Source: an uncultured Bdellovibrionales bacterium (lineage in GTDB: Bacteria > Patescibacteriota > Minisyncoccia > Moranbacterales > DUUL01). Taken from it: a DNA stretch of 64,000 nt. The notes below the pieces were generated by a model. It was not told the origin of the DNA and ran no database searches. It saw nothing but the letters and a program-made list of their open reading frames with translations. Where the stretch lies: contig CAZKWX010000001.1 in the NCBI GenBank assembly GCA_964556685.1, positions 95,854-159,853 of the forward strand, in the 5' to 3' direction. The position numbers and the translations under genes are program-made. Positions 40,301 to 49,394 of this stretch are shown here, one piece after another (position 1 is the stretch's first letter; each line of letters opens with the position of its first letter).

Positions 40301-40583
40301 AGTTCTCACTGTGAATGCCAAATCCATCCAAACCAATCGGCTCAAAAACGTCATAGCCTTCTAACTTCTTGAAACGCCCATAGACATCGGCTCCGGTGAA
40401 GGCATACATGTTCCCCACATGCAATCCTTCTGCGGAGGGATAGGGGAACATCATCAGATTGTGAAATGGCTTCTTGGCTTTGTCCAAATCGGGTCGAAAA
40501 ACACCTGAGTCTTTCCAGGATTTTTGCCATTTTTTTTCGATAGATTTGAAATTATATTTCGGAATTGGTTGCTTTTTTGTCAT
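37389..40583 (-). CDS. leuS: leucine-tRNA ligase with inserted alpha/beta-hydrolase domain
   Basis: MFPYPSAEGLHVGN, DWCISRQRYWG, KMSKS, QVNGKVR. Confidence 0.97.
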   Translation of the reverse strand: MTKKQPIPKYNFKSIEKKWQKSWKDSGVFRPDLDKAKKPFHNLMMFPYPSAEGLHVGNMYAFTGADVYGRFKKLEGYDVFEPIGLDGFGIHSENYAMKIGEHISDVSKRSEKNFYRQLHEIGNMYDWSRTVETYKPNYYKWTQWIFLQMFKKGLAYQKEAKVNWCPSCKTVLSDEQVIAGKCERCDSVVEKKELKQWFFAITKYADQLLKNLDWIDWPDDVKTNQRNWIGKSKGLEEEWKVKDIKLKLKTFTTWPHTTWGATFMVVAPEHPVVDELVQGTKYEKGAKDFCRKVIEEKVKDPANVEKKKEGFFTGRYAINHLNGREMPIYTANFAVYEYGTGIVKCTPTHDQRDFEFAKKYKLDLVPVIYPKGEKKLDPKKMKKAYVNEGLMMNAGKFDDMPTKKARKAIGDFSVEKGNGKWTVNYKLRDWCISRQRYWGPPIPIVWCKRCALGPHLNPPLSKGRKKEGLKRIKVLMIHGSSGRTKAHDKDYVEPNVRHWHSWLEKELKKNGFEVINPIMPTDWKPDYEDWKETIDNFDVDEDTILVGTSAGGAFILKWLSETGRKARNVILNAPSKKLVKREERIKGFVDFKIDSSLKNQIESLTIFISNDKTHRVESAEMISNKLGAKLIKLKGRKHFCVDDNPKNKKFPELLEKIQESIEPVAVSVPEEDLPVKLPPMEDFLPEGKGKGPLAKNEKFVKVKCPVCEGDAERETDVSDPFLDSAWYFFRYPSTEFNEVIFDRKRTKKWLPVDSYIGGKEHTVLHLLYSRFMTMVLKDLGYIDFDEPYKRFFGHGLITKDGTKMSKSKGNVVNPDDAIKKYGADTVRLYLRFVGDFAQGGDWRDSGIEGMHKFLNRMWKVFHEVGADDTKSVDDADLRHLQNKTKPLNMSMIDKTIKVVGEDIEKLSFNTAVARIMEYVNWMRDHKDDFNKVQAKKVKETLALVIAPMAPHIAEEFWAELQILRPGKAGTPPLLKGENKKAQKHTSIFEQRWPKFDPKKVIEDEIELVIQVNGKVRDKVMVSKDISEKEAEKIALGSEKVQRHLGRKKPKKVIYVKGRLVNIVT

Positions 40584-40700
40584 GTTTATGTCAATAATTA
40601 TTGCAGTTCATTAAATAGACAAATTAATTTTAGCTTATAAAAAGCATTTTTTCAAGGTATCTTAAATTATCATCAATCTACCTAATGAAAGGAGGTCGCA

Positions 40701-41090
40701 ATGTCTTGGGAATTAATTCGTATAACTAAGCTAAAAGAAATACTCGATGGGGATATCTTTGTTCTGGGAGTCCCTAGAGATTTCACTGATAAAGATTTTG
40801 AAAAACTCGTTCTCTTTTTGGAAAGTGAAGAGGGCCTAGACCAGGTTAAGCATCTCGCATTACGACTGGTCATGAACATTGAAGTGAGCGGCGATGATGA
40901 AGACAAAAGATATCAATTGGCATGTGGACCCGTTCCCGGCTTTACAGTCTTCGCTCAATACTTTGTCAGTGCAACTAGGACAAGGCCTTCATCTCGTAGA
41001 TTCAAATGGAGTTTCCACGGATTCCGCAAAGTCGCCGGGATAATAAGAAAAGTGATTGAAGATGTTTCTGGCAATGATGTTTCCTTTTAA
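40701..41090 (+). CDS. hypothetical protein
   Basis: SD AGGAGGT. Confidence 0.6.
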   Translation: MSWELIRITKLKEILDGDIFVLGVPRDFTDKDFEKLVLFLESEEGLDQVKHLALRLVMNIEVSGDDEDKRYQLACGPVPGFTVFAQYFVSATRTRPSSRRFKWSFHGFRKVAGIIRKVIEDVSGNDVSF

Positions 41091-41105
41091 AAAGAGGAGA
41101 TTGAC

Positions 41106-41402
41106 ATGATAAAGACCGTAAGTGCGAGCTACTTAGAGAAAGAACATCTGGCCAGGGGAAATCTGTTGCTATTCGTGTTAAAAGAAGGAGTGGCTTTTAA
41201 TGATTCAGGGCTCCAAGAAACCTGTCCAAACCGAGAAGCCATCATCCAAGTTTGTTTCTTTCCAGGCGGAGCAATCCTCGTTCGTACTGAATCGCTCCTC
41301 AATGACTACCATATCTTCCAGCCTTTTGAAGATCGATTCTGCATTTTGAAAACTAATGAAAAATCAGGTCTTTTCAGAGGAATTGGACTTGGATTGGTAT
41401 AA
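41106..41402 (+). CDS. hypothetical protein
   Basis: SD GAGGAG. Confidence 0.55.
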   Translation: MIKTVSASYLEKEHLARGNLLLFVLKEGVAFNDSGLQETCPNREAIIQVCFFPGGAILVRTESLLNDYHIFQPFEDRFCILKTNEKSGLFRGIGLGLV

Positions 41403-41525
41403 TAAAGACAAAAGGGGCTCGAAATCACTTTTTACATACCGCGGCTTTATTAAAAGTCGCGGTTCATCTTTTTTTGGGAATATGCTATAATTTAACAAAG
41501 AAGATTCTCTTCTCAGGTTTATTTG

Positions 41526-41631
41526 CTTCCCTTGGTGCAAGGGGAGATTAAGAGGGGTTAGCTTGAATAGCAATAGAGACCGGCCAATTCACTTAACTCC
41601 CCTTAGTCCCCTCTTTCCAAAAGAGGGGAAA
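41526..41631. repeat. paired CCCT..AGGG palindromic element
   Basis: Inward-facing hairpin pair of the same family as 14421 and 17345; others at 42045-42120 and 48355-48530. Confidence 0.75.
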
Positions 41632-41676
41632 TGAATAAGTTTCTTGTAGTTTAAAGTAATCTATAATTCTCCTCTG

Positions 41677-42039
41677 ATGCTTCGTAAATTCCTCATCCTA
41701 CCCATAATTGTATTTTTATTCATCGCTTTCTTTCAGCTGTCACTGAGAGATTATTTATATTTCGCTCTCTGGTTTTTTGTGGCTGCAATAATGGCCTTCA
41801 CTTTGGCACCCGTCATTATCAAAGACGTCAACGACAAACACGTGCCCGTGATGCATATCTTTATCACTTTTGCTCTGATCATCCTCATTGGAGCAGTGAT
41901 TGTGTTTGCTGATTTGATTCGTTCGGATTTCTCCAGTGAAATGATTGCCTTCTTCACTATTGTTGGTGGCCTGGCCATTACTGGAATAATCATGCTTATC
42001 AAAGGCAAGGAAGGAAAAGGCAGTAAACCGTGGACATAA
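41677..42039 (+). CDS. 4-TM membrane protein
   Basis: Four hydrophobic segments. Confidence 0.7.
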   Translation: MLRKFLILPIIVFLFIAFFQLSLRDYLYFALWFFVAAIMAFTLAPVIIKDVNDKHVPVMHIFITFALIILIGAVIVFADLIRSDFSSEMIAFFTIVGGLAITGIIMLIKGKEGKGSKPWT

Positions 42040-42147
42040 TAAAAAACCCCTGAAAAATACGGCTCGCTATACTTGCCCGTATTTTTCTTCCCCCTTTATA
42101 AAGAGGGACACAGAGGGTTTTTATCAATCGAGATTGTTAATTTTCTT

Positions 42148-42849
42148 CTACCACTTCCAAACTGCCCAAGCCGCAAATTCTGCTGGCTTTTTTTGTTCTC
42201 CTACCATTCGAACTATCTTGAATGATCCTGGTGTGTTTTGAGCTTTAACCTGAGTTTTCGAAATTGGATTCTTATCCACGACAAACACAATCCAATTTTT
42301 TCCTTCCCAATTTTCAAGATAAAACATTTTCTTACTTGCTTGAGCAGTCACCACTCCCGATAATGTTCCCTTCTCCGGTTGAGACCAATATTCTTTTGAA
42401 GTGACAATAATCATGTCATATCCTTTTTGATTTTCGAGCAGGCTCATGACACCACGATCAAGCCGGGCATAAGAAGCTACTACTCCTATCACCAACGCTC
42501 CAAAAACGATCACCCCCAAAAGCATCCACTCCTCATGCTGACAAAGACGGCGACTTTTTCGATATGATCGAGCCGCTAGATAGATAAAAAGAATTGTCAA
42601 ACCAATCAGAAAATAGGGAAGTGACCCAAAGAATAATCCCGGCTTTTGTGCCGCCATGACACCCATTTGAAAATTCCCGATATAGGTGGTTGAAGCGCTG
42701 ATCAAAAAAACTGTCAGAACAAAAAACATCCCTGCCAATGTCAACCAAGCTAAAGATTTGAATGCAAAAAAACAACGAGGCTTCATCTTGACCTCTTCTT
42801 TTTTAATTTCTTCATAAACCTTTCCGCTGATTTTTTCTTTGTTGCTCAT
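42148..42849 (-). CDS. membrane protein, putative anti-sigma factor
   Basis: Three TMs; directly downstream of the ECF sigma; MKPRCFF motif. Confidence 0.65.
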   Translation of the reverse strand: MSNKEKISGKVYEEIKKEEVKMKPRCFFAFKSLAWLTLAGMFFVLTVFLISASTTYIGNFQMGVMAAQKPGLFFGSLPYFLIGLTILFIYLAARSYRKSRRLCQHEEWMLLGVIVFGALVIGVVASYARLDRGVMSLLENQKGYDMIIVTSKEYWSQPEKGTLSGVVTAQASKKMFYLENWEGKNWIVFVVDKNPISKTQVKAQNTPGSFKIVRMVGEQKKPAEFAAWAVWKW

Positions 42850-42871
42850 TTGAGTTTCGGTATATAAAATA

Positions 42872-43495
42872 TTAGATGTTGCGGGTCGCGATGCTGGCAT
42901 CGATTCCCTGCTGTGTCAACTGTTTCTTCAAAACTTTCTTGGCTCGGTTGAGCAGTGTGCCTACTGTTCCAATTGGTTTTTTCAAAATGTCAGCAATTTC
43001 CTGATAGCTCTTCCCTTCCAAATAGTTCAAAACTAAAACAGTCCTATATTTCTCGTCGATTTCTTCAATTGCTTTTTTGACTTGCTCATTGGTGATCTTT
43101 TGATAGACTCCCTGTTCAGTATCATAATCATCTTTGATAATATTCTTCAGCGCTTCATTGTCATCCCAAGAAACATTGTTGGCTGTCTTTTTTTTATTAC
43201 GGCGCCAGTAATTGATTGTTTCATTGTGGGCAATTCGATAGAGCCATGAGGAAAATTTCAAATCGGTGTCAAAAGAGTTGAGATTGATGTAAACTTTCAA
43301 GAAAACTTCCTGCACAATGTCCGCCGCCGTTTCTTCATCCACGCCACTAATCCGGCGCACGTAGCGCATCATTTTGTCATCATAGCGTTCCATCAGGCAG
43401 ACATAGCAATCCTTTTTGTTTTTCACGAAAGTGACCAATTCTTCATCGGTCTTGTTGGGACAATCATTCAGATTGGGACAATCCATTATTGGCAT
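42872..43495 (-). CDS. ECF sigma-70 factor
   Basis: DIVQEVFLK, FSSWLYRIAHN, SYQEIADIL..PIGTV.TLLNRAK. Confidence 0.93.
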   Translation of the reverse strand: MPIMDCPNLNDCPNKTDEELVTFVKNKKDCYVCLMERYDDKMMRYVRRISGVDEETAADIVQEVFLKVYINLNSFDTDLKFSSWLYRIAHNETINYWRRNKKKTANNVSWDDNEALKNIIKDDYDTEQGVYQKITNEQVKKAIEEIDEKYRTVLVLNYLEGKSYQEIADILKKPIGTVGTLLNRAKKVLKKQLTQQGIDASIATRNI

Positions 43496-44068
43496 TTTTG
43501 CTATTATTTTTATTAAGCCTGAAAAGGCGAAACCCACCGAAGCTACGCTTTTTTATACTGTTAATTTGCAAATGCCTTCATATTTATAAGGCAAAAGCTT
43601 TTTTGTATAATTCTGCGAAGATGGGCGCCCTCGTCAAGTGTTATTCCTTTGATACTATCAATCAGGTCAATGCAGAATAGCACACTACTTGACTTTTTTC
43701 CAGTATTTTGGTTGACTAAGGGTGTTCCATCTTGTTCCTCTTTCCTCCTGAGTGGGTTCGGTTCCCAGATACTGAGCCCGCTCTACACAAAAAACTTCTC
43801 TGAATTAGGGAAGTCAGTATATGCCCCGTTAAGTCCCGCGGTAAGAAACTTAGTCATTCACCGCCATTGACTTCTCGGGGTTTTTTATTTGACATCCACA
43901 CAAAACCTTCCCTGCAACTAAAACATTCCATCTCTATACTTTGATATATTGATATATTGATATATCAAAGTGAACAATGGATAATCTAAAATTTTTGAAG
44001 CTTTTGGAATGTGCCCCAATAAACTCTACTGCGCAAAGACAATTCTACTTGTGACTGCATCACGGATT

Positions 44069-44377
44069 TTACGGAGCTTTTTGTTTGACAATTTTTACAA
44101 AACCTTCAATACTTAATGGTAACTGTTCTTTGTCCCTGCTCCGGAGTTTACGGCAAGGATGTTCGTAGTCTAAAAGACTATAGATGGACATCACGGCAAT
44201 GCCGTCTTTGTCCAGCGTCATTCGTGCAGACCGAATCTCTGGGCAAAGAACAGTCCAAAAAAACTTTAAAATCTTCGGGCCCAACCAGGCCCTTTTTGTT
44301 TTCCTAATCATTATTTTAAACAAATAATGATTTTCTACTAACAACAGAATCACATTCTGTTTCTCAACACATCCCAC
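44069..44377 (-). CDS. hypothetical protein
   Basis: ORF only; start uncertain. Confidence 0.35.
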   Translation of the reverse strand: MGCVEKQNVILLLVENHYLFKIMIRKTKRAWLGPKILKFFWTVLCPEIRSARMTLDKDGIAVMSIYSLLDYEHPCRKLRSRDKEQLPLSIEGFVKIVKQKAP

Positions 44378-44537
44378 TTCAGTATATTGTAGTGTTACTT
44401 GATTGCTGTTGTGAATAACACCTATTTTTGGCTTTTTGATTTTGGAAACTGCTACTTTAAAAAAACAAATACCCGATAGACAAAATCGGGATTTTATTCA
44501 GCAATAATTCTTTCGTCGGCTTTAACCTTCTATAAAA

Positions 44538-45938
44538 TCAGCAACAATATAGCTTATCTGGAATTTCATCGTCCGACTTCTCGCCAAATGGATTATTGTG
44601 TTTTTTTATATTTTTTAACATCTCTTTGTTCGACTCAGTTTGCATTCCTTTTTTCTCCTGCTCTGCACGAATCATTCGAACATAATATGGTAGTTTAATT
44701 CCCATGGGACAATTCCGGTGACAGACTCCGCAGAAGGTACAAGAAAAACTACCGGCGTCTTTGGCCCTTCTCAGCATTTCATTATCTAGATCACGACTTG
44801 CATCGTTCGCACCCTTCCGCGCCAATCCGCGTTCAGTCTGCGCGGATCCGCGCGCTCCATCCTCTTGGAGCGATAGATTGGCTGTCATGATGATTCCTTT
44901 TGATCCAGCAAATTTTCCGCCATATTTTTTGCCCATTTGATGATAGACTGGACAAAAATTGACGCAGGCTCCACAATTGATGCAACGCACCATTTCATCG
45001 AATCCTTTCTTGACCATTTCCCTTCTTCCATTGTCCACCAATATTAGATGCACTTCTTTGGCCCCCTGAGCTCCCTCCACTAGTTGATTTTCAATATCAG
45101 CTGTTTTTGATGGTCCAGAAACAACTGAAATATACTGAGCACAATCTTGACCAGTTCCAAAAACTGCCGCTACTCGACAAAGTTGAGTTGCATCTTCAAT
45201 AGTTTCAACCAATTTATCGATTCCACAAATTACGATGTGCTTCTCAGGAATACGCGAAACCAGAGAAATGTTTCCTTCATTTTCTAACAACACAACTTGT
45301 CCCGTCTGCGTGAAAAAATTCGCCCCGGTGATTCCCGTGTCTGCTTGTAAAATATTAGCTCTTATTTTTTTACAAAGATAGCGAGTGAGTTTTTTTGGAT
45401 CAGCTTTCACTTCATCTCCATAGACTTCTTTAATCCTTTCAGCAATTTGTTTACTATTCAAATGAAGCGCTGGCAACACATAATGTTGATCTTCTTCTTC
45501 CATCAAATTCACCACGAAGTCTCCTAGATCCGTTTCAAAATTATCCTGCCCCATTTTTTCTAGTAATTTTTCAACGCCAATTTCCTTCCCCATGTTTGAT
45601 TTAGACTTTACGATCTTATCTGTATCTTTAGAGGTACCTTTTTCCGCCCAAGGCGGACCAGCCTTTGGCTGGAAGATTTTTTTTAGTAAATTTCGTGCTT
45701 CACCTGCGTCTCTAACTTCAGAAACTTTAAACCCATGTTTTTGCAGATTTTCTTTCGCTTCTTTTAAGTTTTTTTCAAAGTTATCACCAAAAACTTTTTT
45801 TCTGATTTTTTTCACTTCGTTCCGATATTCATCTTTTGTCACGCCCAAATCTTCCAGCGTCCGAATGCGCTTTTTTCCGTAGTTGTAAACTACTTTCTTG
45901 ATTGATTGTTTGGTTTTATCGTCTAAAAATCTTGACAT
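44538..45938 (-). CDS. LutB/LldF-like LUD-domain Fe-S protein
   Basis: ETDLG, GITGANF, ENEGN, SGPSKTADIE, CINCGACVNFCP, CTFCGVC. Confidence 0.9.
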   Translation of the reverse strand: MSRFLDDKTKQSIKKVVYNYGKKRIRTLEDLGVTKDEYRNEVKKIRKKVFGDNFEKNLKEAKENLQKHGFKVSEVRDAGEARNLLKKIFQPKAGPPWAEKGTSKDTDKIVKSKSNMGKEIGVEKLLEKMGQDNFETDLGDFVVNLMEEEDQHYVLPALHLNSKQIAERIKEVYGDEVKADPKKLTRYLCKKIRANILQADTGITGANFFTQTGQVVLLENEGNISLVSRIPEKHIVICGIDKLVETIEDATQLCRVAAVFGTGQDCAQYISVVSGPSKTADIENQLVEGAQGAKEVHLILVDNGRREMVKKGFDEMVRCINCGACVNFCPVYHQMGKKYGGKFAGSKGIIMTANLSLQEDGARGSAQTERGLARKGANDASRDLDNEMLRRAKDAGSFSCTFCGVCHRNCPMGIKLPYYVRMIRAEQEKKGMQTESNKEMLKNIKKHNNPFGEKSDDEIPDKLYCC

Positions 45939-45944
45939 GTTTTA

Positions 45945-46432
45945 TAATACTAATCCGCGAATCTTATACGAATCTACAAATATGCCAATGTTTATTCCTT
46001 AGCATATGAGTTGATCACGCGTTTTGGAATTAGGTATTTTTGATGAAAATTGATAAGCAATCCTAATTTCTTATTTGAGAATCTTAAGTATCTTTTTATT
46101 TGGTTGTAATCTTCTCTGACGAATCCTCTTTTTGCTTTCACTTCCAGAATAATTTGGTCTTCTATAATAAAATCTATTCTATTACTATTGTTTTTGATAT
46201 ATTCACTTTCCGTCTCGACTATTACTTCTTTTTCGTAGAACATCCCTTTTTCAATGAGAAGTTTTTCCAAGGCATCACAATATTGTTTTTCCCGACAATA
46301 GTTGCCTAATTCATTGTGAACCTCAAAAAGCATGCCTGTTATTTCGTATGACAATTCTGGATAAATTATTTTTCCTTCGTTATCTTTGATTCGCACATTT
46401 GCAGATTAGCATTTATTTGTAGATTCGTATTA
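45945..46432. mobile_element. putative GxxExxY cassette bounded by TAATAC...GTATTA
   Basis: Repeat flanks match the gene-less elements in the r-protein operon. Confidence 0.6.
45992..46396 (-). CDS. GxxExxY protein (PD-(D/E)XK nuclease family)
   Basis: VHNELGNYCREKQY, RIDFII, ILEVKA, QIKRYL, GLLINF. Confidence 0.92.
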   Translation of the reverse strand: MRIKDNEGKIIYPELSYEITGMLFEVHNELGNYCREKQYCDALEKLLIEKGMFYEKEVIVETESEYIKNNSNRIDFIIEDQIILEVKAKRGFVREDYNQIKRYLRFSNKKLGLLINFHQKYLIPKRVINSYAKE

Positions 46433-47140
46433 TAATCTCATATATTTATTCCAATAATCATATAACTCCCTCGTCGACACCAAGTCTCGCGCATTGTAGC
46501 GAGCGATGTCGAGATGTTTTCCTTCCCCAAAAAGCCGAGTTACGTCATCACCATTGATCCCCTCTTCTTTGGGACTTTTGATTCCGAAAGCTCGGCAACA
46601 CAAATGTAAATTTGTTCGTCCCCAAACTGCTCCATAGAAATTGAGTTGATCCATCAGATCAACGTGCTTTGAATCGCGTGGTTGCAAATTTAAATAGCGA
46701 TTGGCCATCAGATTCTTGCTCGGTCGAATCTTGTGAATAGCACTGCGAATCATCAAATAGGGTACATCGAACCCTCTCCCATTGAAACTGACAAATTCTT
46801 CTGCCTTCTCCGCCACCTTCCAAAAACTTTCTAGAATTTCTTTTTCGCCCATCGGTTTGAACTTGATTCCTTCTTCTTCAAACTCCTTGGCATCATCGGC
46901 TAAATTCTGGTGATAGACTGCGCCTTTCTTGGTGTCAGCGTCCAGAACTCCCACCGCGACAATTTCGCCTGTCAGCGGTGAAAAAACCAGCTCATTTTTG
47001 ATTTTCTCCAATTCTTCGTCAAATTTTTCTCCCGGCTCATCACCAACTCTGATTTTTTTGGTCAGCACTTTTTGGGTGACTTCGTCCATCTGGTCATAGT
47101 CTTCCCCAATTGTTTCAATGTCGAAAATAATTTTTGGCAT
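46430..47140 (-). CDS. stand-alone PolB-type 3'-5' exonuclease
   Basis: FDIET, FNGRGFDVPYL, YNARDL. Confidence 0.88.
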   Translation of the reverse strand: MPKIIFDIETIGEDYDQMDEVTQKVLTKKIRVGDEPGEKFDEELEKIKNELVFSPLTGEIVAVGVLDADTKKGAVYHQNLADDAKEFEEEGIKFKPMGEKEILESFWKVAEKAEEFVSFNGRGFDVPYLMIRSAIHKIRPSKNLMANRYLNLQPRDSKHVDLMDQLNFYGAVWGRTNLHLCCRAFGIKSPKEEGINGDDVTRLFGEGKHLDIARYNARDLVSTRELYDYWNKYMRL

Positions 47141-47241
47141 AGTTGTGTCTTAATAATTTATTATTATTATGATATAAATATTAGTTTTATAGAAGACAAA
47201 TACTTAACATATTCTAGTTTATTCCAAAAGGAGGTTGTCTT

Positions 47242-47745
47242 ATGAATTCGTTCTTTCAAGACCGAAAAGGTTATGAACTTTTTCTCAGGAGACTAGTTAA
47301 TTGTAAATTGAACGGCTATCCATCCAAGAATAGTACCTACAGCAAATTGCCTGATGGATCAAAACGATTCTGGGTCCAAGTAGGCAATGTCATGTTTACA
47401 GACTATTACTGGGGATCTAATCCCTTCTTCGGAGTCGAGGCCGCTTATATCGACGATAGTCATAATACTGTCTTAGTTTGGTCAATGTCATACTGTGGAC
47501 AGTGTTATTACACTCATTCAGAGCAAGTCGAATTTGTGTTTAGCTTTTTAAAATCAGCATTAAAAGAAGTTTCTTCAAGCACGCCCTATCGAGGGCCCCT
47601 CAGTTTTGCAAGAAATGACGGATTGTTGTTTTATGAATGTAAATGGTGGAAATCAACCGGGAATATGCTCCACGGAATGGAAATCATCCGGGATTATCGT
47701 GGAAATGTAGTATATCAATTAACTTTCCACGCTCCTCTCCTGTAA
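47242..47745 (+). CDS. DUF5680-like protein
   Basis: DYYWGSNPFFGVE, VWSMSYCG, FLKSAL..PYRGP. Confidence 0.7.
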   Translation: MNSFFQDRKGYELFLRRLVNCKLNGYPSKNSTYSKLPDGSKRFWVQVGNVMFTDYYWGSNPFFGVEAAYIDDSHNTVLVWSMSYCGQCYYTHSEQVEFVFSFLKSALKEVSSSTPYRGPLSFARNDGLLFYECKWWKSTGNMLHGMEIIRDYRGNVVYQLTFHAPLL

Positions 47746-47820
47746 TCAACTTCCAACCTATATTTAGAACTCTGCCATCAAAGGCCTTAAATATCAATAA
47801 AAGGCCTTTTTTGTTCCATA

Positions 47821-48345
47821 TCAAATCAATCGCAGCTTTTTAGAAATGATTTTATAATCAGGTATGGCTCTAGCAGTTAATTCCCAAAAAAAATTCGAAT
47901 GATTCATTTCTTTCAAATGACACATTTCATGCACCACCAGGTAGTTAGCCAGCTCATCTTCCAGCCACACAATCCGCCAATTGAAATTCAGATTTCCTTT
48001 CTTACTGCAACTTCCCCAGCGAGTTTTTTGATTGCGGATGGAAATGCGATTTATTCGAAAATTATAATACTGATTAAACCTATTGATCTTATTTTCAATC
48101 AATCTTCGTGCTTTCTCTTTATTATCCAAATAATCTTGCCTGGTTCCTTTTTTGAGTAAACTGTCGCTTTTTCTGGCTTTCATCTTGGCCACATTCTTTT
48201 CAATCCAATTTCGTTTTTGCTGAGTAAACTTCTCTGCTTGCTTTCGATTTGACCACCAGGGATAGGTCACCAAAACTTTTCCGTCTTCTCCAACAGAAAT
48301 TCTGATTCGCTTGTTTCTCTTATTGCGCCTGATTATGATTTGCAT
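47821..48345 (-). CDS. M48/YgjP (DUF45) zinc metalloprotein
   Basis: QKTRWGSCS, YLVVHEMCHL..NHS..FW. Confidence 0.9.
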   Translation of the reverse strand: MQIIIRRNKRNKRIRISVGEDGKVLVTYPWWSNRKQAEKFTQQKRNWIEKNVAKMKARKSDSLLKKGTRQDYLDNKEKARRLIENKINRFNQYYNFRINRISIRNQKTRWGSCSKKGNLNFNWRIVWLEDELANYLVVHEMCHLKEMNHSNFFWELTARAIPDYKIISKKLRLI

Positions 48346-48557
48346 TCCTTCTTTATTTCCCCCTTTAGCAAAGGGGGAAGAAGAATTGAGACGAATCATG
48401 TTACCGAAAGGTAACGTGATGAGTCCAATTCTTCAGGGGGATTTGAATTTATAGTACTGAAAATCCCTCTGAAAAATATGGCTTATTACATTCGCCTATA
48501 TTTTCCTTCTCCCTTTTTCAAAGGAAGAAACACAATTAAATTCATGATTCGTAAAAC

Positions 48558-49307
48558 CTACACATCAAACAACTCACTCAACTCCATCACCTTGATCCCG
48601 CCATTGTTCCTCTTCAAATGCATATAGCACATAGGACAGCTGGTGATCAAGACATCCGCTCCAGTCATTTTGGCTTGCCCAATTCGGTCCTTGGCAATCT
48701 TGTTGGAAAGTTCGGGATCATTGGAACTCACTCCGCCACCACCGCCACAACAAAAACTCTTCTCGCCATGCAAATCCAGCTCGACTAATTGATAGCCTGC
48801 TTTTTTGATAATTTCCCTTGGTTGATCATAGATGCCCAAATGTCTCCCGAGGTGACAAGGATCATGATAGGTAGCGGCAACCTTTTCTCCCCCTGCCCGA
48901 GGGGGAGATTCAGAGGGGGTGGGAGTTTTTAACTTAGTTTTTGCCTTGTCAATTATTTCCGCCACATGTCTTGCTTCGATTCTCCATTCATCTCCAAGAA
49001 TCTTCGGATATTCTTTTTTGAACATCAATGTGCAAGCCGGACAATTGCTGATCACTCTGGTGACATTGTGTTGCCTGAAAATTTTGAAGTTTTCCTTGGC
49101 CAATCGTTCATATTCTTCAATTGCTCCCGCATTTTTCACCGGTGAACCACAACAAAATTCTTTGTCTTTGAGCAACAAAAAATCAACTCCCTCGGCCTCC
49201 AGGATTTTCCGATAACGCTCCAGCATCCCTTCTCCAGCAAATTTTGTCAGACAGCCGGGATAATAGAGCGTGTTTCCGCTTTTAAAAATGTTATCTAAAA
49301 AGCTCAT
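48558..49307 (-). CDS. CCG-domain Fe-S protein (LutA/GlcF-like)
   Basis: YPGC, CCG, CPAC, YHDPCHLGR, CCGGGG, SCPMC. Confidence 0.9.
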   Translation of the reverse strand: MSFLDNIFKSGNTLYYPGCLTKFAGEGMLERYRKILEAEGVDFLLLKDKEFCCGSPVKNAGAIEEYERLAKENFKIFRQHNVTRVISNCPACTLMFKKEYPKILGDEWRIEARHVAEIIDKAKTKLKTPTPSESPPRAGGEKVAATYHDPCHLGRHLGIYDQPREIIKKAGYQLVELDLHGEKSFCCGGGGGVSSNDPELSNKIAKDRIGQAKMTGADVLITSCPMCYMHLKRNNGGIKVMELSELFDV

Positions 49308-49394
49308 TGTGCTTCTAGTATAGTACCCGAAATCTCATTTAACAAGTTTCAATAAAAAAGTTACAATTAAAACAAGTAGTAGTGTTGCGAGACA

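Noticed and set aside
43516-43552. Riboswitch or hammerhead-like motif GCCTGAAAAGGCGAAACCCACCGAAGCT
   Set aside because: No complete consensus; CCCACCGAAGCT also occurs in the repeat at 59983.
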